From the NCBI GenBank assembly GCA_046563655.1, contig CM102290.1, positions 5,270,001-5,334,000 on the forward strand: a stretch of 64,000 nt of DNA. The letters run 5' to 3'. Made by a program: the position numbers and the translations under genes. This DNA comes from Yuukianura sp. NJ FZ-2021. Its lineage: Eukaryota. This document shows positions 11,834 to 25,789 of the stretch, one piece after another. Position 1 is the stretch's first letter. Every line of letters starts with the position of its first letter. The notes under the pieces are model-generated. The model saw only the letters and a list, made by a program, of their open reading frames with translations, was not told the origin of the DNA and made no database searches.

Positions 11834-13384
11834 CTTCATAATTTTAACTAACTGCATCTTATAGCTTTTAGCATGAGCAGTTAAAAAGATGGAGTGTTTA
11901 AAGTGCTACCTAGGGAACCTGATTTTGTTTGCAGGGCACGCATTAACGTTTTTAATGCAAAACTCATGTCATTTTGCAAAAAAAATACCCTCAGTATATA
12001 AGTGCCATCATGAATGACCTTGTGAGTAAGATCACAGCAAAATTATCAAAAAGAAAACTCAAGGAACGCAGAGGGGCCTTAAGGGCCTCGTTCAAAAAAA
12101 TTCAGAACACGTTTTTCATCTCATGCAGAACAAGCGGAGACATTAATGTTTCTCCTTTGTCTTTTAAAATTCAGATTTTATTAGACTTAGAAAATGCATT
12201 TACAAGGCCACATTTCACGAGTGAAAGCTTCCGCCCAAATCAGTGGTTTAGACATTCCACTTTCTCCAAAATTTCAAAAATTTTAACAATTTGATATATT
12301 AAAAATTGGAAAGAGGATTTTCTGTAACCAAGAAACCCAAAAAATTCAACAAATTCCGATTTTTTAGGTTCTCAACTTTTATGATTTTGTTTTTCTTACT
12401 TTTTTTTATGTCCCTCGTAGATTGTTTAAAGTTTACTAATTTCATAGTGGTTTTTTCGAAGAATTGCTTACTTTTTTTTGTGAATTGATCGTACCACCGC
12501 ACTTTATCATATTTTACGACCCAGACAGAAATCGGATGCTTCATATTAACGTTGTTCCAGCTCTCAAACAGAACACTTTGGCTTCGGTCCAAAAGTCTCC
12601 AAATTCAATTGGTTTCTAGATAAATTAATGTCTTTTCCTCCCTCTCCCAAATCACTTTACATGCCATACCAAAAATGCAAAGTTTTCATAATTTCAATTA
12701 AGTTTTCATAATTCAATCACAAGAACTCTAATTTTCAAAATTGAACAAATTTTGAAACACAGGAGTCAGTTACTTGCAGTTAAAATGTCCATATGCAACG
12801 CATCAGCACGGGGCAAAAATACATAAAAGTTGAAACATCCAATAAAAAGTTTTATAGAATATCCCACATTCCTGTTTTTTTCAAAATCTGCTCAACCTAT
12901 TCAAATTTCTGGTTAGGTTAACCTTAACGTAGCATTAGATTTTCCTGTAGAACTGAAGAGAATCGAAGAAAAGAGTTATTTGGAGTTTACAAAAGAAAGC
13001 TAGGGCTGTCACACTAGGGAAATTGTGGAACCAGGAGAGAAAGTTGTTTTGCAAAAGTTTCAAGGTTCATCAGATCCAGGAAAAGTGAACACCATGGTCC
13101 AAAAGTTGTACTTTCTCAAGAGAAAGTTGGTTTTCGTGAAAGTCGAACCTTGAGCTTACTACATCTGAAACACGGTGTACATTCCAAACATGTCTCACCT
13201 CCACAAGAGATCATCCATTTCCAATTTCGTACAACAACCGAGCACTCTAAATCATACCTGACAAAGCCTACTATAATTCAATAGTTTTTGAACAAAGAGA
13301 AAGAGCAGGAAAATTCAAATTCCACAAAACCCAATTTTCTAGATAGAATCTTTACACATTTTAATTTCTGATATACCTTTGACC

Positions 13385-13652
13385 AAAGGTTGATAAACAA
13401 AGAAATACTTTTTCTTTAATACGTTAGGCAGTAACTCGAGTTCTGAATCTTTTGATCAAAATTTCCGAAAAAAAACCTTGAGATAATGAAAATTGTTAAG
13501 AAAATTAAAAAAAAATTTGACAACTGAAACTGGTTTTTTCTAATTCATAAACAAAACTGGTTCCATTTTTTGTTTTCTTGGGGGATTTTTTTAAAGGTCG
13601 AGTTATTGCCTAGCCTGTTAAAGGAAAACTATTTCGTTGTCAAGACACCTTG
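13385..13652 (+). mobile_element. CAAGG-type MITE, copy C (same subfamily as copy A)
   Basis: AAAGGTT...CACCTTG flanked by a perfect 8-bp duplication CTTTGACC. Shares the TTAGGCA.TAAC.CGAG block with copy A. Confidence 0.75.
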
Positions 13653-14408
13653 CTTTGACCTCTCACTCTCACACACATCACCAGACACAGCTCACATTAA
13701 TCCAAATCCTCCCGCTCTTTTTTCTGTTCAAAATTAACGACTCGTGGGAACAAGTTTATGTCAACTGCGGAAATATTTTAGAGTCTCAAAAAAAAGTCAG
13801 AGGCACAATCACGTCCCAAATTCATTTCTCTTCATTTCACATCAAATTCTTCTCAATCCCGCCACAAATCTGACCTTTGACATTTCCACTTCCACATTTC
13901 GCATATCAGGTCAAGTCTCAACTCCACGCACTGCCACTCCAATTGATCTAAAAAAAAAGTTAAAAAAAAGTAAATTTTTAAAGCCCATCCTCTTGATCTC
14001 TGACAAATTCAAATCGACGCTACCCCGAAAACACGTATTTTGCTGTCTCTGAAAAAGTGCTAAAAGTTCAAAACCAAGTTTAGGCAAAGTCGACATGACT
14101 CTGCCAAGGGCCCTCTTCCGAAGTGTCTATCAAAGGGGCCCTTGGAAAATGTCCCTGGAGAATGTAGTTGTAACAACTCTACATAACATGTAAGGCATAT
14201 GACATAAATTTATTTAACGAATTCTGTCTACTTACCAAACCACTGCTAATGTTACAACACCTAGTACAAATTTTGTACAACAAAACTAGTAATTTGAAAC
14301 AACAGAAATATACAGCAACAACAGGATTTTACAACGTTTTTTTGTTAGTGAGTTGTAACAGAACAGAAAAAAGATGTTATGCTATTCTGTAGTGGTTTTA
14401 GAAGAGAA

Positions 14409-14947
14409 TAGAGACCTTGCGAAGAACGTATTCTGATTCTAGAAAAGTACTCTAGCTACAATATAATATTGTCGCAGAATGTTCATGAAGTTGCGAAAAA
14501 AAGTATTCTAGGTTTGGATTGTAAAGTGGAACATTCCTAATAACCAATTTAAGGCTCAAATTTTGAATCGACGGCAATTTTGATTAGTAAAACGTAATAA
14601 AGTAGTTTTAGTTCTTGATTAGAAACAGAAAATAGCCGTGCTGCAGCAATTGGGAGTAGAAATATGGCTAAGATAATTAATTAATTAAATAGTTAAGTTC
14701 AAGGTTAAGTTAGTTAATTTCGATAGTGATAATGGCAAAACTTAAGTTTCAAGATTGAAATTGACAGCCCGTCTCGAAGTTCAACTTGTATGCGTTTCTG
14801 CTTTGAAATATTCTTCCCACAGTCAGAATCCGTTCCGGAGACGGATTTTCAAATCCCGACAAAAGTATTGTAAAACGGATTCTAGATCCGTCTCCTACAA
14901 GCCACAATACGTTTCTAGAGTCAGAATACGATTTCGCAAGGTCTCTA
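14409..14947. mobile_element. hAT-like MITE
   Basis: TAGAGACCTTGCGAA..CGTATTCTGA.TCTAGA at the left end is inverted at the right end; no TSD retained. Confidence 0.6.
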
Positions 14948-14971
14948 ATAGTAACTAGTAACAATGTAGTA

Positions 14972-15199
14972 CAGTCAAACCCCTAATTCGGAAACTACTT
15001 TTAACTACTTTTTGATTGACGTTACCCTGGATTACCGTAAAACTTAAGTTTTTGGTTAGATCGGCTGATGTTAACTATACGTAAATGAACTTGTATTCTT
15101 GGGTGTGGTCCAATGCAATCAGATTGTTTACGGTAGGAGCCTTAAACGTTTAACCCAACCAACCAATCAGAGCGAGTTTCCTAATTAGAAGATTAACTG
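14972..15199. mobile_element. Tc1/mariner-like MITE
   Basis: TA-CAGTCAAACCCCTAATTCGGAAACT ... AGTTTCCTAATTAGAAGATTAACTG-TA. Confidence 0.6.
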
Positions 15200-15420
15200 T
15201 AATGCATGATATGCCGTCTATAAAATAAAAAATAAATCTATCAAGCTATAACATCATTAATAATTAATTGGTTCACAAATCGGCCTAAAAAGTGGCTAAC
15301 TAAAATAGTAGCTGCTGAAGAGAGGCGATTTGCTTGTAGCTATTTTGAAACATCATAAAAAAAATCCCAAAAGAAGAAAGTTTTTGTCTAAGCTTCTAAA
15401 TGTTTGAAAAATTCTCATTA

Positions 15421-15773
15421 CAGTGTTGCTGGAAGTTCTCTTTTTCGACATTTCATCTACGGCTGGATATCCAGTGGAAGAAATGGATGAATCCAAGGGG
15501 GCGGAGCTTCCAGCGCAAGGATTGAATTAATTAACAACAAACAACTGAAGGGAAATTGTTTTTAAGTCATTTCTCCCAACAAAAACATGGAAGAAAAGCC
15601 TTTGTGTATTATTTTGTAAGCTTAAATTTGATTTTTTGTTTGAATTTTGTGACAGATTTCTAATTTCTTCCATCCACTAAAAAGTTTTATCCAATAGAGG
15701 AGTATTTTTCCCCGTGGATATCCAGTGGAAGTGGCAATTAAGTCAATGGACGTTAAAGAACCCAGCAACACTG
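15421..15773 (+). mobile_element. CAGTGTTGCTGG-terminated MITE, copy 1 (3' of Ago3)
   Basis: TIR CAGTGTTGCTGG/CCAGCAACACTG. Internal GGATATCCAGTGGAAG blocks are shared with the copy at 21656-22153. Confidence 0.75.
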
Positions 15774-16115
15774 ATTGCAAATATATATGTATGTACATAA
15801 TTTAGGGAATGATTTCCCCGCATGTTGTGCTAAATTCTTGCTAACCTGAAATACGTGGACATTTCTAATTCCCTGGTTCCATAAATAGAAAAGTGACATA
15901 ATGTCCTCTCTAATATTGAACTTACTAAATTGAATTTCTGTAATGTAATGCTCTAAAAACACACCGTTCAAAAATTAATTGAGGCCAATGGTGTGTATTG
16001 GTGTAGTGAAAAAGTGCCAGTACAAAGTGCACTGCCCAATGAAAAAAGAAAAGTGGAACCTGACCTGGCAGACAAATACAACTAATGCTAAAACTAAGGT
16101 CGGTCCAGTGGCCAT

Positions 16116-19100
16116 CTACAAATAGTACAGCTTCCGTTCCATCGTGTCCTTCGGCTCCTTTCCTTCCAAATGCTGACCGACCAGCATGGCCAACTTGTGT
16201 GCGTACTAGAAACAAAGTGAATTAGAAAATCTAAAAACCCACTTACTTAAAAAATCTAAAAATGCAGCGCCTCATGGACTAAAAAGCGAAATGCTAGTTA
16301 TACCTGGCACATGGCTGGAACACGAACTGTCCCGGGCCAGTTGAAGTACATGAAACTGGTGACATAGGCCAGCCGTTGGACCAAATCTGGCTTCCTTTCG
16401 CCCGAGTCCTCCAGCACTACAAAGTGCGATGGTGAAACAGTGCCCTAAAAAATTAACATAACGTTGCAAACCGGTATTCAAACTAAAGTTCAAACTAAAT
16501 ACTTCAAGCATAAAAGGTTGCTTACTGCACGAACTAGCTGTGAAACCAAGAAAAAGTCGTAGAGACATCGCCGAGTGATGGTGTGATCCATGATGGTGCC
16601 GGGGTTAGGATTGTCCAGTTGGTGCTGCGGCTAAGATTGGAAACATAAATTCACCGTTAAATTGAACTTAATTAACAGCAAAAAATGAAAATTTTCAAAC
16701 AATGAAAATGAAAATTCATTTCAAAATTCAACAAAGACGATACCTTGATCAAGAAGAGTCGCTCGTTGATCCTCTTTTGAACCACGACATACAAGATCTT
16801 CGGTTTCGGTTTGCACACGTTCTCAATCACTCCTGTCAGTGCCGGAAGTTCACCCTCTTGAACAGTACCAAGCTGACCGTCACTTACTCCGTCCCGAAAG
16901 ATGACAATCCGATCAGGGTAGCGATTATTGCACTAGTACAAACAAACCAATTAGTATTCAAGGTTAAGTTACAAAAGATGTGTTGTGTTTTATAAGAAAA
17001 TAATTTAAAATCACAACAAATTGAAAAAAAATGGCTCACAAAGTAAAAAGCTTGAAGAGCTTGGCCGAAGACAGCTTTGATGGCGTCTTGCGACTCCTGA
17101 CCGGTTCCTTGCATGACGATTCGAGAGTAGTACTCAGTACAGTAGTTATTCAAGCTCGCAACTAGAGCCATTACACTTCCTGATTTTGCTCCTGGAGAAT
17201 GGTGAGTGTCAACACCAACGAACATGATAAGTTCCTTCTAAAAAATCCAAAAACAAACACAGGCAGAAAAGCGCTCAATGTCGGATTCCTGAAATCCAAA
17301 GTATGGATTCCAAACTTCAAATATACAAAAAAAAAGTATGCCGCTTACCAGTGGAATGTTGAGAGCCCAAATTGATCCGCCCAGCTTGCAGTTGATTTGA
17401 AGTGCCACTTTTTGCATAACTGGTCGCATCTTACGTTCATTTGAAAGTGTTTTGGCCAAGATCACTTGACTCGGAATAGGTCTTTCGATTAGAGCGTATC
17501 GCTTCACAGCAGCATAAAAATCATCTCTTGCTGCAGGCAGAATGACCATGATAAACTGAGTCTAAAAAACGACAAAGGAGAAGAAAAAAGTATAAAAATA
17601 CGGAAAGCAGTATTTTAGTTAACCACGTAACAAGTTTCAATCTTACGTTGGCATTGCTCTCAACAGACGAACGAATGATCTGGCGCATGTCGGCTGCACT
17701 TGCAGGTCTGCCAGCGCTGTTTACCAATATGACGATCTGAGGCTGTGGCCCAAACTGGATTCCGAGCGGACCGCAAACTTGTCGGTAATTTGCCAGCATC
17801 TTGTCAGCTTTGTCTCTGTCCTGGTTGCTACAGAAAATGATCCATTGCTTCAACGCAACCTTGAACAGAAAACAAGAAACGAAACGGTTAGAAAAACGAA
17901 ACATGAACCACAACCGAAATGGATTCAAATAGTGTCATTACCGGTGCGTAGCACTTGTTGCTTGTAGCTTCTCGAGTAAAGTCTGGATTTGCACATTTCA
18001 TGGAGAAAGTGGCAAATTGAAGCGTCGGTCCAGTGATGATTCTTCCGCGATCAATCAAGCATTGAGGTTCCAAACTGACACCCCACGGTGCCAAAATAGC
18101 TTGAGCCTTCTCGCTCTCTGCAATCAACAAAAAGATAAATTTAATTTAATAATAATTTAAATCTTAGTATCACACCCAACTTAGAAAACCTAATAGTCAA
18201 ATCATCTCAATTTCTTACCTCTCATTGCCTTTAGAAAGTCCATGATGTCCTTGTGACGTTGCATTGGCGTGGTACGTGAAAGCTGAATCAAGTCCCGCAT
18301 CAACATTTGGTTCGTACGCATTTCCTCCGTCAGTCCACTTTGGTAGCAAAATTCCGGAATGAGCGACACGCAGTAATAGTCACCCTACACAAAACAAAAA
18401 AAAAATTGGCATCAAGCAACTTTTTCTTCTAAATCTCAACTTGATTTGTTTGGAACTTACACGAGGATCGTTCTTCCTGTACTTGATTCGGCTGATGAGC
18501 AATGGCTGGCTCAAATCCGTGATCGTCATAGCATGTTGTGCAGTAAAGTAGTCTGTGTACGATACCTGAAAACCAAAATCCATTTCAAAACAAAGCACAG
18601 TAGCAAAAACTTCACCCAAGTAACCGTCTTGTCCTTTTTCTGGAAAGTATGCGTTGGATTTTGGTCCCATGCCACCTCGTCCACGCCATAATGCTTATTG
18701 TTGTATCTGGTGATGACGGAGTGACCACAAACGATTTTACCAAAATTGTCCTTATACCTCACAGGATCCTTTTGCTTGAGAGTATTCCTAAACCAATTGA
18801 ATACGAATGTGTTTCATTATCCTATTCCATAACTTGATACTTACAATCTTGAAATTAAAGGAAAAACGTTTACAGCAAGCTTAGAACAGTGTCCTGCCGC
18901 ATCACTCGAGAAGTTGTGTTCAAACAGATCATTAGACCTCCTTCGTAGTTGTCGATAGCAGTAACGTATCCAGGCCACACCTCCAAGCTGTATCAGGAAA
19001 AATAAAAACTTACATTAACATTTTGAGACTTATCACATTTTAATTTGTTAGTTTACCACTTACTTATGCTGCTTCAAGACAGTGACACCAACCGGATTAT

Positions 19101-20591
19101 AAAAGTCTTTCTTGATCTCAGTGAAGTTCAAAGCAACCATCACTTTCCGGAAAAGCACGTTATAAAATTGTTTCTTCTGTTCCAAAGTTGTCTTGACCGG
19201 CTTCAACCGAATTGTCACTGGCTTTGATGGGTCATTGGGATTCGTAGTTGAGAGAATCAAATGCTAAAAAAAAACAAGAGTTCATCAGTAAAAGAGAGAT
19301 GGATAAGTAAAAAAATTGGCCTTATACGCTTACCTCGGGGCCCAATTCAACAGGCAAGTACAACTTCATTCCGTCGAAGGTCCAGTTAGTTCCCAAATCA
19401 GCCGACAGGCTGCTAATAACCTTCCTACGTACTCCAGTTTCTTCCAAATGTGGTTCGAATATCGTTGTGTACTCGAACAGTCCAAAATCAACTGCCACAT
19501 TGATTCGCAAAAAGTTGCTCATCAAACGAACCCTGAGATTATACAAAATTAGTTTAATTTTTAAACCAATTCTTAACATTATCCTACAATTATCAATGAC
19601 TAAACTTACGGTTCGCCCTTTTCCCCGTGAAGTGTTGCAGGTTGATCTGGTTCAATGTCGCCTTCACCACCACCAGCAGCAGCTTGTTGTGGTTGTTCAG
19701 CCTGTGCGGGTTGTTCAGCCTGTGCGGGTTGTTGTGCCTCAGCTTGAGCTGCAGCTCCAGCCTCCGGTTCATCTCGTCGTCCAACTCCCACTGATGCAGC
19801 AGGCTGAGAGCTTACTGCCATAGATTGTCCAGAGTGTGTAGTCCTATGATATACAAAGCAGTTAATTTATAGAAGTTCATTACTGATTTTTAGAAAAAGA
19901 GAACAAGAAAACTCACTTGGAAGGTGTGTGGGCACTGACACTGCTAAAAGTGGAGGATCCAGATCGCGGAGTATCGGCAACAGTGCTTACGCCAACAGTT
20001 GTGGTTACAACAGACGGAGCTGGAGCTGGCAACTCCATTGATTGCTGCTGAAATCCGGCTTCTTCTGGCGGAGCGGCTGAGAGTCCAAGTGGAGCTGATG
20101 CAGCAACAGCAGTTGTTGCCCTTCCTCGGCCACGCCCGGCAATCCCTCTTGGCTGAACATCTTCTGCAGCAACGCTCAAACCGGAAAGGCTTAATTGCAC
20201 CAAGGATAAATCGTCACCACCAGCATTAGCCTCTGGTGTAATAGGGTCGACAAGTCCTAGAATTTGTTCTGCAGTGCTGGTCACGGTGATGCCTCTTCCT
20301 ACAACCAGAAATCAAGTATTAATTAGTTAATTTAAATTCAAGGTTTGGTTTACCTTCGACTTTTAGTAAAAACAGTTTACCTCGTCCGAGTGCTGGACTA
20401 ATAGCCGCTTCACTCGTACTTGCTCCCAGTCCTCTGCCTCTTCCTCTTCCAATTTGCCCAGCAGGAACTGGTTCCGTCTGATCATGCCCAGGAGATGGTG
20501 GCTGCGGCGGAACCACCGGAGGTACTCCAAGCGGTTCTGCTGGTTGTTGAGGCTGGGGTTGGAGCCCTCTCCCACGGCCTCGTCCCGTCAT
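16116..20591 (-). CDS. AGO3: PIWI-clade Argonaute, Ago3-like (multi-exon)
   Basis: N-terminal GRGRG repeats; QHK-LEVWPGYVTAIDNYEGGL; PAZ (VITRYNNKHYGVDEVAWDQNP); KVALQINCKLGG; PIWI catalytic motifs VGVD, GQE, FRDGVSDGQL and YAHKL; ends LYYL*. RDGVSDGQ and HKLEVWPGYVTA favour Ago3 over Piwi/Aub. Confidence 0.9.
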
Positions 20592-21655
20592 CGCTGATTC
20601 TGAAAACAGATTAAATCAATTACAAAGATAAGGCCTTACTACACTTTTGATCGAAGCTCTGCCGGCGGGGTCATGTGATATGTCAAAATGATCGTCTCAT
20701 TGACCTGGTATAGGGTCATCACAGCTTGGCTAATACTTTAAGCCAATGTGAACTCCAGCCAGCAGTATCTAAATATAAACGACACCTTACCTTAGCCTTC
20801 AAAACCCGGAAAAACCGATGAAAATCTTCTCCTCTTGCAGTACTACCGCAGTACTTTTAGTAATGTCCAAAGATAACCAACTTAGTAACGCAAAATCTTC
20901 TAGAAAAATCGTTGAAATGATGTTGAAATGAAGAGTGATGATAACACAAACAAATCCTAGTCGAACGGAAGTCTGAACGCGACTGAGGTCCGTGTGTTAA
21001 ATGGTATACCAGAGAAAACACTCAAAATGGCTCCTGTACTAACCGACAAAACTGGAGACGGAGAAGCAGTCCATTCATATGGACCTTTGGAATGTTACGA
21101 ATTCCATACTCCACATCAGAAAAAAAGAGAAAGAAACCACCAAAACCCTAGAGGTGTCCGTCGATTCGATCAACCCAACACTAACTACACCAGCTTCCTT
21201 AATTAAAAATGCAAATGAAATGGAAATAAGTCTATAAAGATGTATTCTATTGGTACCTCAATTCTACGAATCTGAAACCATTGATCTGAATTTATTAGCT
21301 GCCGTGGGAATTGACAGATGTGGAGGTTGACTGTGTCGTTTTTTTCACGAAAAACCGCGTCCTTTATCAAGAATTTCCTGCTCCGCGTCGTGTCCTCGCG
21401 TGTAATAAATTCCAGTCAAATTTTCATACGTCGCAGAAACTAATCGTAAGATTGTTTGAATTGGAGTTTAATTCGAAGAATATAAATACACTACCTTAGT
21501 GGAATACTCAACATTAATCTGGAAGGGAACACAAATCTAACAATTCATAATTTAATGCGTTGTACAAATTCGTTTACATGCAATTGTGCATACGACTTTA
21601 ACATTCAAATCACGTATGTTTGGTACAACGCTCAGAAAACTACAGCCACACTTTT

Positions 21656-22153
21656 CGCATTGCTGGATAATACACTTTTATGAACGGCTGGATATCCAGT
21701 GGAAGAAATGGACGAATTGGATGATACAAAGGGGCGGAGCCTTGTCCGCTGGCTGTGAATAATTTGAAAGTACAGAGCGGAAAGAAATAAAAACCACTGC
21801 AAAAATAATCGCAAATCGTGCTAAATTTATGGAAGGATATTAGTAGCAAAACTAATTGAACTTTTACCCGCCAATTAAAATTTCCCCAATTAATTTTTCG
21901 CCAATTAAAGTTTCCCCGATTAACTTTTCGCCAATTAAGGTTTCCCCAATTAACTTTTCGCCAATTTAGAATACGCCAAGTTATTTCAAGTATGTATTTC
22001 AGAATACTTAATTTAAATTTATTTGAAATTCAGGAATTTCTAAACTGGGCTGATTTCTTCCATCCACCGTCCAGTAGGACCCCATTTCTTCCACTGGATG
22101 TCCAGTGGAAGTGGCAAATAAGCCACCGGACATTTAAGCATCCAGCAACACTG
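21656..22153 (+). mobile_element. CAGTGTTGCTGG-family MITE, copy 2 (upstream of Ago3), with an internal 30-bp tandem repeat (21871-21965)
   Basis: Shares GGCTGGATATCCAGTGGAAGAAATGGA, GGGGCGGAGC and the CCAGCAACACTG end with copy 1; the left terminus is degenerate. Confidence 0.7.
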
Positions 22154-22665
22154 CGTATTAGCATACGCTGCTTACTATGGCGGACGACATAATTTTGACG
22201 GAAACAGGACCGGAAGTAGTCCTCCGAATGGCGCTGGACTTGATTTAATTTTAATTGATTAAGCATACCAGTGGTTTGAGACAGTTTATAAACGAGCATA
22301 AATGCTTATAAGTTTAAGTAGAAGATTGACAATGTGTAAACATGGACAACGGAATGCTACGTCTGATTCCGAACCTTAACTAAAATCTATTGGACCTATA
22401 ACAATAATAATAATACAAAACAATAATAGTAATAGTGAAAGAAGAGTAATTCGGACTTGCAGTCAGTCAGGCAGCTATTCGAAGACTGGAATAGAAAAAG
22501 TAAAAGTGTAGGAAACATGTATGAAATGTATTGAATCCACTTGAGAGAGCCCAAGTAACTTGTGCCGGTTGTGGGCTTGGTCCAGTGGGGAACAATGAAC
22601 GGAAGAATTCGGGACACCCAGCAATGAATGTTGGATTTTAACAGTGAGCATATTGACTCGTCTTC

Positions 22666-24174
22666 TCATGTCGACTTTTGCAGATCAATTTGTCCCTCCA
22701 GTGATTTGGCCAAATACATCACGAACAACTGGGAAGGAAAACGATCAATCGTTATAAAAACGTAATCATTTGTGTAATCGTGGTAAATTCTGTATTAAGT
22801 TCGTACCTGCATCAAGGCTACACCCAGTGCACTTCCAGCAACAATGTACAGATTGACAGTGACGAAGGATTTGATAGCTTCGATACACCCTGTACTCCAT
22901 ACTTTGTCTTTCGCATCCACTTGAAGGAGTGATGCATGTTTCATTCGAGCTCCAGGATCCTTGGCCACGCCCTCAAATCGAAGATATAACAAACACAAAT
23001 AACACTAGAAACTCAATTACTACAGAGTTAGTAGTTTAGTAGCAAGTTTTGTACAGTACTTACGATAGGATCTTGGACTCCGTATCCACACATTATGTTT
23101 ATCAGGCCGCTCTGTCAAAATCAGGACCAGTGACAACCTTTTAGTACTTTTGTTTACTAGAATGTTCGTGTTGGTATTCAAAAGTTCCTTACCGACATGT
23201 CCGTTGCATTTTTACAGCACGAAAAAGGCACTCCACCTAAATATTTCAACAAGAAACAAAATTATTAAACTAGGTTTTCTAAAAAACTTGTAGAAGGGTT
23301 TACTTACATCGTTCAACACCAGGGTTGAGGTCACGACGGGTACAATTGAAGTATTCGTTTTTAGACCAATCTTCATAGTTTTTGGAACTGAGCCCACAGC
23401 ATTTGAACTGATTGTGAGTGAACAAGGGTTACACAACCATAACAAAGAGAATGATGAATCATAAGAAAGTTGTGGCGAATGTACCTCTTTCTGAATAAAG
23501 TCGATCAAATTCTGAAGGTCAGCGTCATCACGGTACTTCTTGATCATGTTGTCTGTAAGAAACCCGGACACCAATCCCTCTACTTTGTGTGGATAGACGA
23601 AACAGATAATGGCAATGAGCAGTTCCGCCAGGAAGAACACCAATAGAGCAATTGAATACTGTGGAAAAACAAACAATCCAGAAAATCAAGTGTTAGAGAT
23701 TATAAGCAATGCAATGAAGTTAGAGTTTTAAGTTTACCAATTTGAGCAAACTTGTATTTTCACGAAGCGCGCCGATACAGCCAGCGAAACTAACAAAAAA
23801 TATTAAGACTCCTATAATGGCAATGATGAGGCCCACATTGAACAATACATCAGCAACGCTGTCAATCCGAACTCCTTCGCCTGATTGCCATTGGTCCACC
23901 AGGGCGTAGAATCCAATGCCGATAAGTCCACCACCGACCAACTTAAAAAATCGAAAATGAAACGATTAAGTATTCAAGTAATACTATTGGATTGTTGCGA
24001 AGTACAAAGTGTTGAAATTATTACCCAGAAGATAAAGTTGAAGAAGAACATGGTGTACTTGAGAAATGGACTAATGTAATTTCTGTTTCGACTCCTTGTG
24101 TACGGTGAGTACGGTATCATTCGTTCAACTTGTGCCCGTTGATGATGTTGCATTCTTGGATCGCGGTTCGCCAT
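22666..24174 (-). CDS. TspanC8-family tetraspanin (Tsp86D/Tsp3A-like, ADAM10 trafficking partner)
   Basis: FAGCIGALREN, YRDDADLQNLIDF, FKCCG, DWSKNEYFNC, CGVPFSCC, NIMCGYG, GCIE motifs and four TM segments. Probable 5'UTR exons near 24613-24950. Confidence 0.9.
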
Positions 24175-25789
24175 TCCTTACTCCTGTGAAAGTACATGTA
24201 GAACCAAAATTAGTCATAAACGTCTGGACAGTTGGAATTGGTTATAATAGGCTTCACTTCATACGACTTCTCCAGACAAAACACTTATTGAAGCCAACTA
24301 CAGTATTTGTTTCTTAACGTTATTCATGTAATGATTATCGCAACAATCCGGAATTTCAACTTTCTATTTCTTAGCTAAGATCAACTCTCTCCCAGTCTGC
24401 CTCTGCCTTGTCTCGATCAAAACCTGATTTCTGATAGTTCTTCAGAAGTCGATACATAACAAAAGTACATGTGACGTTATTGATATTGCATGCGCTTGGA
24501 ATTGGATAACTTTATAAGAAATGAGTCTAAAGATCAAAACCTAAAATCTTGTAAATCCTGATTACTCAAAATAGTAAAAATACCAATCGCATTCGGAACT
24601 CTTCAACGTTACCTTTTAGCCCAGTACTTCCTTGCCGTTATCGTTGATTAAACGATGAGAACGATGTCACCAGAACGATTTTGTCGTTGATGTTGAGTCG
24701 ATGTAAACCACACGGACAAGGACGGTGCTTCACTGAAGATTCGTAGCTCGGTCTGAGCCTTATTGTGTCCAGCAAATTGTTACAGTCGTCGTGGTTTCCC
24801 AAGCTATGAAAATCAGAAACATTTTATTACCAATTGACAATTAAGAATAAAATGATGATAATTTAATTAGTACCCATTGAGCACTGCCACTGAATACGAG
24901 ATCTTCGGTTATTGAACGCAAGTTGTTACCATTTGTGGACTGAAGTAAAAGTATAGGGCCTTTTGTCTTTATTTTCCAAATTGAATAAGTTAATTAATGG
25001 TTAGTTTGGAAGTTTAACTCAATTAATCAAGATTACGTTTGTTTTGTTTGTGTGTAAGTTAACGTTAGATTATTATTTTGAAAGAGTATGACTAACCCCC
25101 TCCCCACCCTAACCTACCATCTAATGCTAAATTAGGATTGCATATGGTTTACTACCTCCCCTATGCTTCCTCTTCCTCGGTCAGTCTAAAACTCACCCTC
25201 ATACCCCTCATACCTCATGGTACGTCATGCGTACCCCCATGGGGCATCCCCTTGACCTTGCATCACAACAGTCTCGTGACCTTTAGCACCCCTTCATCCA
25301 TGACATGACCTTGTATTCTTCTACAATGTCAACTTCAGGGGTAACAATAACAATTTTAGGGAGAAAAACGCAACTTATAGAAATCTATTTATACCTTTGG
25401 TATTACCTCTAACAGATTGAGAGTGACGTTTTAGTTGAGCATTGAGCGGTTGTTTAATTAAGTTGTATTGCAGACATCAACAGTGTAATTATAAGGTGTT
25501 AATTAGAGTTTAAGTGTCAAAAGGTCACGGATTTCCATTGTTGCCCATATAAAGGTGGTCGGGTGCGCTGATAACATAGGGATAGCGGAAATGAGTCATA
25601 GTGGAACCATGTAAAAAAATTTTTTTTTGGAAAAATAGAGGATAAATTTATAAACAAACTTCCGCTGCGTACTTATTGAATTGGTTTGGACAATTAATTA
25701 ATCAATCGGTGTCTCCTGTGGCCTGTACAGTTTCTCGATTAATCGATTAGTCGCTTTTTAATTCCAACAAGTGAGAACTAATCGACATC

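Noticed and set aside
12950..13270. Coding-like stretch after an acceptor-like site
   Set aside because: Early stops in every frame after the acceptor and no recognisable motif; a gene or pseudogene call cannot be supported.
24613..24950. Spliced exons between the tetraspanin and CHMP3 as a separate gene
   Set aside because: Only very short ATG-initiated frames; best read as tetraspanin 5'UTR exons with uORFs.
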